NCBI GenBank assembly: GCA_963759645.1
Contig: CAVXAI010000013.1
Span: forward strand, 289,535 to 353,534
Length of the DNA stretch: 64,000 nucleotides
From: an uncultured Acidimicrobiales bacterium
GTDB taxonomy: Bacteria; Actinomycetota; Acidimicrobiia; Acidimicrobiales; DATKAS01
Direction: 5' to 3'
How positions within the stretch are numbered: the first letter of the stretch is position 1; the number at the start of each line of letters is the position of its first letter. Positions 45,494-55,524 of this stretch are shown here, one piece after another. A model generated the notes under the pieces. The model saw only the letters and a list, made by a program, of their open reading frames with translations. It ran no database searches and had not been told where the DNA came from. Both the position numbers and the translations under genes were made by a program.

Positions 45494-45582
45494 TTGCGCA
45501 ATCGTACCGGGCCGCTTGACCGCAGGGTCAATCACCATGGCAGTTACCTGCGACGTTGTGTCGCCTGATTACCTGGATCCCG

Positions 45583-46797
45583 ATGAGCGACCCCGGCCTC
45601 TCACGAGCCCGTATAGCCGTGGCCGCGGTGTTCTTCGCCAACGGCGCGCTGTTCGCGAACCTCGTCCCGCGCTACCCGGAGATCCGCGCCGACCTCGGGT
45701 TGAGCAACGCCGCGCTCGGCACCGCCATCGCCGCGTTCCCGCTCGGCGCGCTCGTCGCAGGATTGCTGGCCGCGCCGCTCATCGGGCGCTTCGGCTCCGC
45801 GAGGGTTGCCACTGCGACCGTCGTCGCCCTGGCTACCGCGCTCGCCTCCGTCTCTCTGGCCGCCACCTGGGCCGCTCTCGCGGCCATCATGTTCGTCGCC
45901 GGAGCGCTCGACGCTGTCACAGACGTCGCGATGAACGCGCACGGCCTCCGCGTCCAGCGCCGCTATGGCCGGTCCATCGTCAACTCGTTCCACGGCGTCT
46001 GGAGCATCGGCGCGGTGACCGGCGGTCTCATGGGTGCCGCGATGCTGGCCCTCGACGTGTCGTTGGGCGCTGCGCTCCTTACGGCATCGGTGCTGTTCGC
46101 CGTGGTCGCGTTGGTCAGCTACCGGTTCATGCTGCCCGGCCGCGACGGCGTCGATCGCGGGACTCCGGCTCATCTCTCGATGCGACAGGTCACCTCGACG
46201 ACGCTTTGGGCGCTCGCCGCCCTCGGCGTCCTCGCCGCGTGTGGTGCCGTCGTCGAAGACGCCGCCGCGTCCTGGGGCGCGCTCTACTTGCAGGACGATC
46301 TGGGGACGGCCGCGGCCGCGGCGGGCCTCGCGTTCGTGTCGTTCCAGTCCGCGATGACCCTTGGCCGGCTCACGGGCGATCGCGTCGTCGACCGCTTCGG
46401 CCAGCGCACGGTCGTGCGCAGCGGCGCCGTCCTCGCCGCAGTCGCCATGGCTCTCGCGTTGTTGGTCCACACGCCGTCGGCGACGTTGATCGGGTTTGCA
46501 CTCGCCGGCCTCGGCGTCGCCACCCTCGTGCCCGCCGCGATGCACACGGGCGACGAGCTCCCCGGGCTGCCGCCGGGGGTCGGGCTCACCGTGGTGAGTG
46601 TGCTGCTGCGAGTCGGCTTCCTCGCCTCTCCGCCGATCGTCGGCTTCACAGCCGACGCGATCAGCCTCCGGGCCGGCCTGCTCGGCGTGGTGCTGGCCAG
46701 CACGATCGTCGTGTTCTTCAGCCGGGTGCTGCTCCAGCACAACCCGGAGCATGCATCGGGCGCGGCTAGCCCCGGATCTGTCCGTCTCCCTCGATGA
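45583..46797 (+). CDS. MFS transporter
   Basis: About 12 TM helices, GRFGS and GDRVVDRFG motif A, DVAMNAHG. Confidence 0.9.
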   Translation: MSDPGLSRARIAVAAVFFANGALFANLVPRYPEIRADLGLSNAALGTAIAAFPLGALVAGLLAAPLIGRFGSARVATATVVALATALASVSLAATWAALAAIMFVAGALDAVTDVAMNAHGLRVQRRYGRSIVNSFHGVWSIGAVTGGLMGAAMLALDVSLGAALLTASVLFAVVALVSYRFMLPGRDGVDRGTPAHLSMRQVTSTTLWALAALGVLAACGAVVEDAAASWGALYLQDDLGTAAAAAGLAFVSFQSAMTLGRLTGDRVVDRFGQRTVVRSGAVLAAVAMALALLVHTPSATLIGFALAGLGVATLVPAAMHTGDELPGLPPGVGLTVVSVLLRVGFLASPPIVGFTADAISLRAGLLGVVLASTIVVFFSRVLLQHNPEHASGAASPGSVRLPR

Positions 46798-48013
46798 CCC
46801 ACTTGAGGGTGGTGAGCTCGCGCAAGCCCATGGGACCCCGTGCGTGCAGCTTCTGTGTGGAGATCCCGATCTCGGCGCCGAACCCGAGCTCTTCACCATC
46901 GACGAAGCGGGTAGACGCGTTCACGAGGACCGCGGCGGCATCGACCTCACGCGTGAAACGCGACGCGGCGTCGACCGAACCGGTGAGGATCGCCTCCGAG
47001 TGGCCGGAGCCGAAGCGCGCGATGTGGTCGATGGCCTCGTCGACGGAGTCGACCACCTTCACCGCCAGCTTCAGCGCGAGGAACTCGGTCGCGAAGTCAT
47101 CGTCGGTCGCCGGTGCGACGCGATCGGCACCGAGGATCTCGCGAGTGGCCTCGTCGCCGACGAGCTCGACGCTGTCCAGACCCCGCGCGACCCGCTTCAG
47201 GAACGGTCCCGCGATCGCTCGGTGCACGAGCAACGTCTCCATCGCATTGCACACCGACGGGCGTTGCAGCTTCGCGTTCAGGACAATCTCAGATGCCTTC
47301 GGCAGGTTCGCGGTCGCGTCCACGTAGATGTGGCAGTTTCCGTCGCCGTCGATGACGTAGGGCACCGTGGCGTTCTCGAGGACGCTGGCGATGAGCGACG
47401 ACCCCCCGCGAGGGATGAGGCAGTCGATGACGCCGCGCAGGCGCATGAACTCGACGGCCGCGTCGTGGCTGGTGTCCTCGACGAGCGTCAGGCTGTCGGA
47501 TGGCAAGCCGGCCTTCACGAAGCCTTCCCGAAGGGCTGCCGCGATGGCGATGTTGGAGGAGATCGCGCCCGACGAACCTCGCAGGAACGCCGCGTTGCCC
47601 GACTTCACACACAGGCCAGCGGCGTCGCTGGTCACATTGGGGCGATTCTCGTAGACGATCGCGACGACGCCGAGGGGAACGCGCACGCGTCGCACGCGCA
47701 ACCCGTTCGGCCGCACCCACCCGTCGGCGACTTCGCCGATCGGGTCGGGCAACGTCGCAACGTTGCGGAGGCCGTCGGCCATGCCCTCGATGCGCGCGGG
47801 GCTCAGGCGGAGGCGATCGACGACTGTCGCAGTCGCGCCGGCCACCTCGGCACGGTCGATGTCGAGGGAGTTTGCCGCCAGCACTTCGTCGGAGCGTTCG
47901 ACGAGCAGGTCGGCCGCGGCCAAGAGCGCCGCGTTCTTCGTTGCGGTCGACGCGCCCGCGAGGACACGGGACGCCGACTTTGCCCGCAGCCCGAGCTCGT
48001 GCATCGGTGGCAT
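46766..48013 (-). CDS. proA: Glutamate-5-semialdehyde dehydrogenase
   Basis: YENRPNVT, SVCNAMETLL, NASTRF, GAEIGISTQKLHARGPMGL. Confidence 0.97.
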   Translation of the reverse strand: MPPMHELGLRAKSASRVLAGASTATKNAALLAAADLLVERSDEVLAANSLDIDRAEVAGATATVVDRLRLSPARIEGMADGLRNVATLPDPIGEVADGWVRPNGLRVRRVRVPLGVVAIVYENRPNVTSDAAGLCVKSGNAAFLRGSSGAISSNIAIAAALREGFVKAGLPSDSLTLVEDTSHDAAVEFMRLRGVIDCLIPRGGSSLIASVLENATVPYVIDGDGNCHIYVDATANLPKASEIVLNAKLQRPSVCNAMETLLVHRAIAGPFLKRVARGLDSVELVGDEATREILGADRVAPATDDDFATEFLALKLAVKVVDSVDEAIDHIARFGSGHSEAILTGSVDAASRFTREVDAAAVLVNASTRFVDGEELGFGAEIGISTQKLHARGPMGLRELTTLKWVIEGDGQIRG

Positions 48014-48048
48014 CGGCCCTCAGGCTACGGCGCAATAGGGTCGCTGCC

Positions 48049-48678
48049 GTGATCCGACACGGCGGCAGCCCGATGTCGACGGCGGTAGCGGTATGCGTCC
48101 TCACGAGCGCGATGACCTTCGTCTCGTGCAGCGACGACAGCGACGGAGCGAGCGCGACGAGCTCCGGCGCAGTCGCAGCATCCGCACCGGACGGCGCCGC
48201 CTCCACCGCGGCACCGGTCGATCCGGTGACGGTGAACGCGATCGATCCGTGCGCGCTGCTCACCACTGACGAGGTCGGCGCCGCGCTGCAGGCTCCGGTC
48301 CTCGCACCCGCGGCCGGCCCCCAGGGAAGCCTCCCGAACCCGCTCGGACAACGCACGTGCACCTGGTCGACGCAAGAGTCGCCTCCCCGCTCGCTGTCGA
48401 TCTCCGTCGTGACGACCGAGTCCGCACAGGCAGGTGGCGCGCTCGGCGGCTCGTACTCGGCCGAGCGCCTGTTCGAGGACACCAAGCAGCTCGTCGACGG
48501 CCTAGATCCCGTGCCCGACGTCGGCGACGACGCCTACTTCGGTTCGGTGGCAGGCCTGCAGATGTCGGTGCTCGCAGGCGATGTGTACGTCTCGGTCGGC
48601 GTCCCGTTCGGGACGACCGAGGCCGACGCCGCTGCCGTGCGAACGCTCACCCCCGTGGTCGTGAGCCGGCTTCCGTGA
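48049..48678 (+). CDS. Lipoprotein (DUF3558-like)
   Basis: Lipobox FVSC, DPCALLT...CTW, VPDVGDDAY. TAGGGT -10 box lies 7 nt before the GTG. Confidence 0.7.
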   Translation: MIRHGGSPMSTAVAVCVLTSAMTFVSCSDDSDGASATSSGAVAASAPDGAASTAAPVDPVTVNAIDPCALLTTDEVGAALQAPVLAPAAGPQGSLPNPLGQRTCTWSTQESPPRSLSISVVTTESAQAGGALGGSYSAERLFEDTKQLVDGLDPVPDVGDDAYFGSVAGLQMSVLAGDVYVSVGVPFGTTEADAAAVRTLTPVVVSRLP

Positions 48679-48700
48679 GGCGGGGACGGCCGCCGTCGGC

Positions 48701-49249
48701 TCAGGCCTCGTCGATCAGCCCCACGTCGCCGTCGGCGCGGCGATACACGACCGCAGCCTTGCCCGTCGTGGCGTTCGAGAAGAAGAAGAACGAGTGGCCG
48801 AGCAGGTCCATCTGCAGCGCTGCCTCGTCGGGCGGCATCGGCTTCATCGCGAACCGCTTCACCTTCACGATGCGGGGATCACCACCCTCGGTCGCCACCT
48901 CCGCGACCGCGGCGCCCTTGCCGTTCGCGGACACCCGGCTGCCATGGTTGCGCCGGACGAGCTTGGTCTTCAGCCGTGTGAGCTGGTGCTCGAGCTTCGC
49001 GACCGCGAGGTCGACCGCCGCAAACTGGTCGGGTGCCGCGACCTTCGCCCGCACGTGGTGGCCGTGCCCTTCGAGGGTCACTTCGCACACCTCCCGGGCG
49101 GCGATGCGCCGGTTGCGCTCCTCGCTGAAGTGCACTTCGGCGCGCTCCATGCCGTCGAGGAATCGATCGAGGCGTCCGATCTTGTCGGCGACCGCCGACC
49201 GCAAGGCGGGAGACACGTCGGCGTGGCGACTGCTCACGGTGATGTCCAC
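48701..49249 (-). CDS. hpf: Ribosome hibernation promoting factor (long HPF)
   Basis: DITVSSRH, AAVDLAVAKLEHQL, PMPPDEAALQMDLLGHSF, VVYRRADG. Confidence 0.92.
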   Translation of the reverse strand: MDITVSSRHADVSPALRSAVADKIGRLDRFLDGMERAEVHFSEERNRRIAAREVCEVTLEGHGHHVRAKVAAPDQFAAVDLAVAKLEHQLTRLKTKLVRRNHGSRVSANGKGAAVAEVATEGGDPRIVKVKRFAMKPMPPDEAALQMDLLGHSFFFFSNATTGKAAVVYRRADGDVGLIDEA

Positions 49250-49882
49250 GGGCCGCTCCTCGCAGTGCCGGGAGGACCGAGTGTACGCGGCGTCTGGGCG
49301 GCGGCGACCCCGTGGATCTCGCGCGCTCCCGCTCGCCGCAACGCCAGGGCTCCGGCCGTCATCGAGGCGCCCGATGTGACCACGTCGTCGACCAGCAGCA
49401 CCACGAGGTCCGCCGCGGCGCGCAACCCCGTCAGGTCGGGGCCGAGCAGCCGGTCGCTGAGACCGCGCCCGGTCTGGGCCGGCCCCGCGTGCCGCACGAG
49501 GAGGCGCCGGCACCGCAGCCTGAGCCGAGCAGCCACCTGACGAGCCAGCAGCTCGGCTTGGTCGTAGCCGCGGTGCCCTGCGCGCCGTGAGGTCGTGGGC
49601 AGCCAGGTGACCACCTGTAGAGGGGCGGTCTCGACGGGTATGGCCTCGATGCGAGCCGCCATCGCGGCCGCCAACGCGTCGACGCCGCCGCGGGCGTTGC
49701 GGTACTTCAGCCCGGCGATGAGCTTTCGCCCTGCACCCTCGTACGCGATGACCGCGCTGAGGCTGTCGAGGCCCGGTGGGATCGGGATCGGGTCGGCGGC
49801 GGCAGTGCAGCTGGGCGGCGCAGGCCGCACAGACGCCCGCCTCAACGCAGCGGCAGACCGGACACCGGGCGACGAGCAGCAC
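49234..49882 (-). CDS. comF: ComF family protein (frameshift near 49800)
   Basis: N-terminal CxxC..CxxC, RGYDQAELLA, and PRT motif LLVDDVVTSGAS. Confidence 0.88.
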
Positions 49883-49891
49883 ACCGCCCGT

Positions 49892-50464
49892 TTAGCTGGA
49901 CGATGTGACAGCCGGATCCTCGGTGCTGATGCCGCACACCTCGGTCAGGTACGCCTCGACGCGGGTGCTGGCGTCAGTGATCTCACTACTGCTGAACGCC
50001 TCGAGCTGCGCGATCGCCTCGGGATCCTGCGCGAGCGCCGTGAAGTCGTAGTTCGCGGCCTCGAACACCTCGATGAGGCCCGCGAGCGCATCCGCGATCA
50101 CGCCGACATCCTCTTTGATCTCGTCGGGGGCGCTGTTCTCGAGGTCAGCAAGCGCCTGCTGCGAGGCGTTGAACTGATCCTCCAGGTCCGCGGGATCGTT
50201 CGACTGGAACGCCTCGTCGCCGAAGACCTCGTCGAAGCCCTGGGCCTGACTGCAGAACTCCCCTCCGCCCTCGCCAGAGAAGTCGGGCGCCCCGGTCGAC
50301 GCCGCGGACTCGTCGCCTCCGGCGGAAGAGTCAGGCGCGGCCGCCGCTTCCGTGCTGTCGGAGCCCTCATCGGGGGCGGAGGAATCGCTGTCGTCGCCAC
50401 CGCACGCGGCGAGCGAGACGGTGAAGGCAGCGGCGAACAGGAGAGCAAGCGGCTTACGAAGCAT
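49892..50464 (-). CDS. Acidic lipoprotein
   Basis: Lipobox LAAC and a Cys pair (FC...VCG). Confidence 0.75.
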   Translation of the reverse strand: MLRKPLALLFAAAFTVSLAACGGDDSDSSAPDEGSDSTEAAAAPDSSAGGDESAASTGAPDFSGEGGGEFCSQAQGFDEVFGDEAFQSNDPADLEDQFNASQQALADLENSAPDEIKEDVGVIADALAGLIEVFEAANYDFTALAQDPEAIAQLEAFSSSEITDASTRVEAYLTEVCGISTEDPAVTSSS

Positions 50465-50512
50465 GCAGGAACGCTAGTGGGCGGTCCCCTACGCCCCGGT
50501 GCATCCCCTGTG

Positions 50513-51352
50513 TCAATCCGATTGCGACTCGAAGGTGCTCGGGATCGGGTTGCGGCCGGCCACGATGTCGTCCGCCCGCTCCGTGACCGCGTTGAAGAAC
50601 TCGGGATGTGTGGTGATCCAGAACCGATCCTCCACAATCGCGTCGCGCACATGCTCGGCCACGTCAGCAGGATCCATTGCAGTTTCGAGAAATCGCTTGA
50701 GGATGTCGTTGCGCTCACGTGCGTCGCCGACGGCTTTGGTCGCGTTGCGTAAGGCGGCGGGTCGGTTGCGCTGGCTGTCGAAGATGTTCGTGCGTACGAA
50801 TCCGGGGCACAGCACAGACACACCGACTGACGAACCCGCCGCTTGCAGCTCCTTCGAGAGGGTCTCGCTGATCGCGACGACGGCGAACTTCGTCGCGTTG
50901 TACGGCCCCATGCCCGCGGACGCGAAGAGCCCGGCCATCGACGCAGTGTTCACGACGTGCCCGCCATCGGGGTTGGCGAGCAGACGAGGCAGGAACGAGT
51001 GGAGGCCATGGATGACCCCCCACAGGTTCACGTCGAGCACCCACTTCCAATCGGCCAATGTGAGGTCGGCTATCTGCCCGCCGCCGCCAACGCCCGCGTT
51101 GTTGCAGAGCACATGCACGGTGCCGAACCGATCACACACCTGATCGGCGAGCGCTGCCACCGACGAGGCGTCACCCACGTCGGTGCGCACGCCTACGACG
51201 CCGAGCTCGGCCGCCGTCGCGTCGAGCGCGGCGCCCTCGACGTCGGCGATGACCACCTGCATGCCGTCCGCCGCGAACCTCGCGGCCAACGCTCGTCCGA
51301 TGCCACTCGCGCCGCCGGTGACGACGGCAACCTTGCCCTCGAGCTCGCGCAC
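50513..51352 (-). CDS. SDR family oxidoreductase
   Basis: TGGASGIG, NNAG and YNATK motifs. Confidence 0.93.
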   Translation of the reverse strand: MRELEGKVAVVTGGASGIGRALAARFAADGMQVVIADVEGAALDATAAELGVVGVRTDVGDASSVAALADQVCDRFGTVHVLCNNAGVGGGGQIADLTLADWKWVLDVNLWGVIHGLHSFLPRLLANPDGGHVVNTASMAGLFASAGMGPYNATKFAVVAISETLSKELQAAGSSVGVSVLCPGFVRTNIFDSQRNRPAALRNATKAVGDARERNDILKRFLETAMDPADVAEHVRDAIVEDRFWITTHPEFFNAVTERADDIVAGRNPIPSTFESQSD

Positions 51353-51353
51353 C

Positions 51354-52814
<1,461 letters not shown>

Positions 52815-52850
52815 GGCGCCGGAGTCTACGGCGGCTGCGCCCGAGCCCGG

Positions 52851-53888
52851 TCAGGGAGAGCCGGCGAGAGCATCCTTGATGAACATCAACGCGGCGATCG
52901 GCCCCGGATCGACACCCTCGTTCTCGGCCATGGCGAGCGACACGAGATCTCCGTAGAGCATGAGGTCGAGCAGCTGAGCCAAGGGTCCTTCGCCCTCGGC
53001 TCGCACCTCGCTGATCGAGGCGACGACCTCCTCCACGAGCGAGTCCACGAGGGCAAAGCGCGGTGCCAGGTGCGGGTGCTCGTGGTCGTGCCGCAGGTTC
53101 ACGATGGTGAACACCTGGCGAGTGACGTCACCGTGCTGGCCCCATCCCGCGACCTCGTTGTGGCACAGCTCGGGCACCCGGTTGGCAAACGCGGGCGCCT
53201 TCGCGTTTTCGTTGACGTCGGCCTTCCAGCGTTGCGCAGCCACCGCGCCGAGCGGTCCGGCGCCGTAGAAGAGCGGGATGGTGCGACCGATGACACGCGC
53301 GAGCCGCTCGGCGGCGTTGTTCGCTGCCGCGAGCTGATCACGGCGGCGTCCGAGCTGGTCGACGGCTGCGCTGATCCACCCCGCCGCTCCGGGGAACAAC
53401 CCCATCTGCTCGAGCGCGAGCAGCGGAGGGATCGACAACGCGCCGATGCCCGCGCGGGGCATCGGGATGCCCGGCGGGACCCGCAGCACCGTGCCACCCC
53501 ATTGCTCGGCGAGGCCGGCCAGCTCGCCTCCCTCGCACACGGCGACGACGTGCGCGCCCAGCGCCGCCGCCTGCGTCGCGGCCTCGACGGTCTCCTCCGA
53601 GTTGCCCGAGAACGAGATCGCGAAGACGAGGGTCCGCGGCCCGACGAAGCCGGGCAGCTCGTAGTCCTTCGACACGAGGATGGGGACAGGCACGAACGGG
53701 CCGGCGACGACAGACATCACGTCGGCGGCGATGCCGCTGCCACCCATGCCGAGCGCAAGTACGTGCGCGACCTGTTCGCGGGCCGGCAAACCGTCGACGC
53801 CGCCTGCCACCGAGATCGCCGCGTTCGCCACTTGCTCGGGAAGCGCGAGCGCTGCTTCGTACATGCCGAGCGAGTCGAGTCTCGTCAT
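52851..53888 (-). CDS. Bifunctional phosphoglucose/phosphomannose isomerase (SIS domain)
   Basis: GMGGSG, SFSGNSEET, MPRA, NENAK, PELCHNE. Confidence 0.9.
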   Translation of the reverse strand: MTRLDSLGMYEAALALPEQVANAAISVAGGVDGLPAREQVAHVLALGMGGSGIAADVMSVVAGPFVPVPILVSKDYELPGFVGPRTLVFAISFSGNSEETVEAATQAAALGAHVVAVCEGGELAGLAEQWGGTVLRVPPGIPMPRAGIGALSIPPLLALEQMGLFPGAAGWISAAVDQLGRRRDQLAAANNAAERLARVIGRTIPLFYGAGPLGAVAAQRWKADVNENAKAPAFANRVPELCHNEVAGWGQHGDVTRQVFTIVNLRHDHEHPHLAPRFALVDSLVEEVVASISEVRAEGEGPLAQLLDLMLYGDLVSLAMAENEGVDPGPIAALMFIKDALAGSP

Positions 53889-53904
53889 TGCTCGACCCCG
53901 GCGA

Positions 53905-54141
53905 TCACGGGGTGAACGTCGGCTCGAGGCCCTCGGCCGCGACCTTGGCCATGAGCCGATCGTGCTCGGCGTCGGTCACGGTCTCCGCCTCGTCGATGAG
54001 CATGATCGGGATGTCGTCCCGCACCGCGTAGCGACGCTTGAGACGCGGGTTGTACAACGCGTCCTCGTCGACGAAGTAGTAGAGCGGGCCCTTGTCCTCG
54101 GGGCATGCGAGGATCTCGAGAAGCAGAGGATCGAGCGCCAT
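53905..54141 (-). CDS. Trm112 family protein
   Basis: LDPLLLEILACPEDKGPL...YAVRDDIPIML. Confidence 0.9.
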   Translation of the reverse strand: MALDPLLLEILACPEDKGPLYYFVDEDALYNPRLKRRYAVRDDIPIMLIDEAETVTDAEHDRLMAKVAAEGLEPTFTP

Positions 54142-54171
54142 CGAGGCGACACTACTCCGCGACACTCGACG

Positions 54172-55515
54172 TCAGCCGAGTGTGATGAGCGCCAAGACCT
54201 CGGCCACGTGCACGTCGCAGTCCTCGCGGGTGGCCGCTTCGAGGTTCAGGCGCAGCAGCGGTTCGGTGTTCGACGGGCGCAGGTTGAACCACCAGTCGTC
54301 GAAGTCCACCGTCAGGCCGTCGAGTCGGTCCTGCTTCGCCCCCGCGTAGTGCTGCGCAACGCGTTCGATCGTCGCTTGCGGGTCGGTGACCTCGGTGTTG
54401 ATCTCGCCCGAGTCGGCGTAGCGCTCGTAGGGCCGTCGCAGCTGAGAGAGCGGCTGCTCCGCGAGCGACATCGCCTCGAGCACGAACATCGTGGCGATGA
54501 TGCCGGAGTCCGCGCGGTAGTTGTCCCGAAAGTAGTAGTGGGCGGAGTGCTCGCCGCCGAACGCGGCGCCGGTCTCGGCCATCACCTCTTTGATGTAGGA
54601 GTGGCCGACGCGGGTGCGCACCGGTTCGCCGCCGTGCTCACGGACGACCTCGGGCACTGCCTTCGAGCAGATCAGGTTGTGGATGATCTTCGCCCCGGGC
54701 TCTTTCGCGAGCACCCGCGTGGCAAGCATCGCCGTGGTCGTCGAGCCTGAGAGCCCCCGCCCCTGCTCGTCGACGAGGAACACGCGATCGGCGTCGCCGT
54801 CGAATGCGAGCCCGAGGTCCGCGCCTGTCGCAGTCACGCGCGCCCGGAGGTCGCTCTGGTTGGCGGGCTGGATCGGGTCCGCGGGATGGTTCGGGAACGT
54901 CCCGTCGAGCTCGGGGAACAGCACGTCGAGGTCGACGGGGAGCTTCTCGAAGACGCGGGGGACGATGAGACCTCCCATGCCGTTGGCGGTGTCGGCGACC
55001 ACCTTCAGGCGCCGGAGGCTCGCGGTGTCGACGAACGAGTGGACGTGCGCGACGAAGTCATCCAGCAGATCGAGCTCGCTCACCGCACCGCGAAGCGGGC
55101 GCGTGTCGCCCCGCTCGAGCAGCTCGGCGGTCGTCGCCTTGATCTCGGTGAGCCCGCTGTCGACACCGACGGGGCGTGCGCCGGACAGACAGAGCTTGAT
55201 GCCGTTGTACGCGGCCGGATTGTGCGACGCGGTGAGCATCGCCCCCGGAGCGTCGAGTCGACCAGCGGCGAAGTACAGCAAGTCCGTCGACGCGAGGCCG
55301 AGCTGCACGACGTCGACGCCCTCGCGGCGCACGCCGTCAGCGAAGGCCGCGGCGAGCTCGACGCCGGACTCGCGCATGTCGCGTGCGATGAGGATGCGAG
55401 GGGCGGCGGCGAAGCGGGCGAACGCCGTTCCGATCGCCCCGGCGATGCGGGCGTCGAGCTGCTCCGGAACCGTGCCTCGGATGTCGTAGGCCTTGAAGAT
55501 CACGTCGAGCGACAC
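54172..55515 (-). CDS. manB: Phosphomannomutase/phosphoglucomutase
   Basis: FKAYDIRG, TASHNP, DGDADR, GEHSAH, RPSNTEP. Confidence 0.95.
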   Translation of the reverse strand: MSLDVIFKAYDIRGTVPEQLDARIAGAIGTAFARFAAAPRILIARDMRESGVELAAAFADGVRREGVDVVQLGLASTDLLYFAAGRLDAPGAMLTASHNPAAYNGIKLCLSGARPVGVDSGLTEIKATTAELLERGDTRPLRGAVSELDLLDDFVAHVHSFVDTASLRRLKVVADTANGMGGLIVPRVFEKLPVDLDVLFPELDGTFPNHPADPIQPANQSDLRARVTATGADLGLAFDGDADRVFLVDEQGRGLSGSTTTAMLATRVLAKEPGAKIIHNLICSKAVPEVVREHGGEPVRTRVGHSYIKEVMAETGAAFGGEHSAHYYFRDNYRADSGIIATMFVLEAMSLAEQPLSQLRRPYERYADSGEINTEVTDPQATIERVAQHYAGAKQDRLDGLTVDFDDWWFNLRPSNTEPLLRLNLEAATREDCDVHVAEVLALITLG

Positions 55516-55524
55516 GGCGGCACC

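Noticed and set aside
48701-49882. Apparent ComF-HPF fusion ORF
   Set aside because: Produced by an indel in comF. The middle is off-frame, and hpf has its own GTG and GAGGAG SD.
52815-52850. SAH riboswitch upstream of ahcY
   Set aside because: The gap is only about 36 nt and has a leaderless-type promoter.
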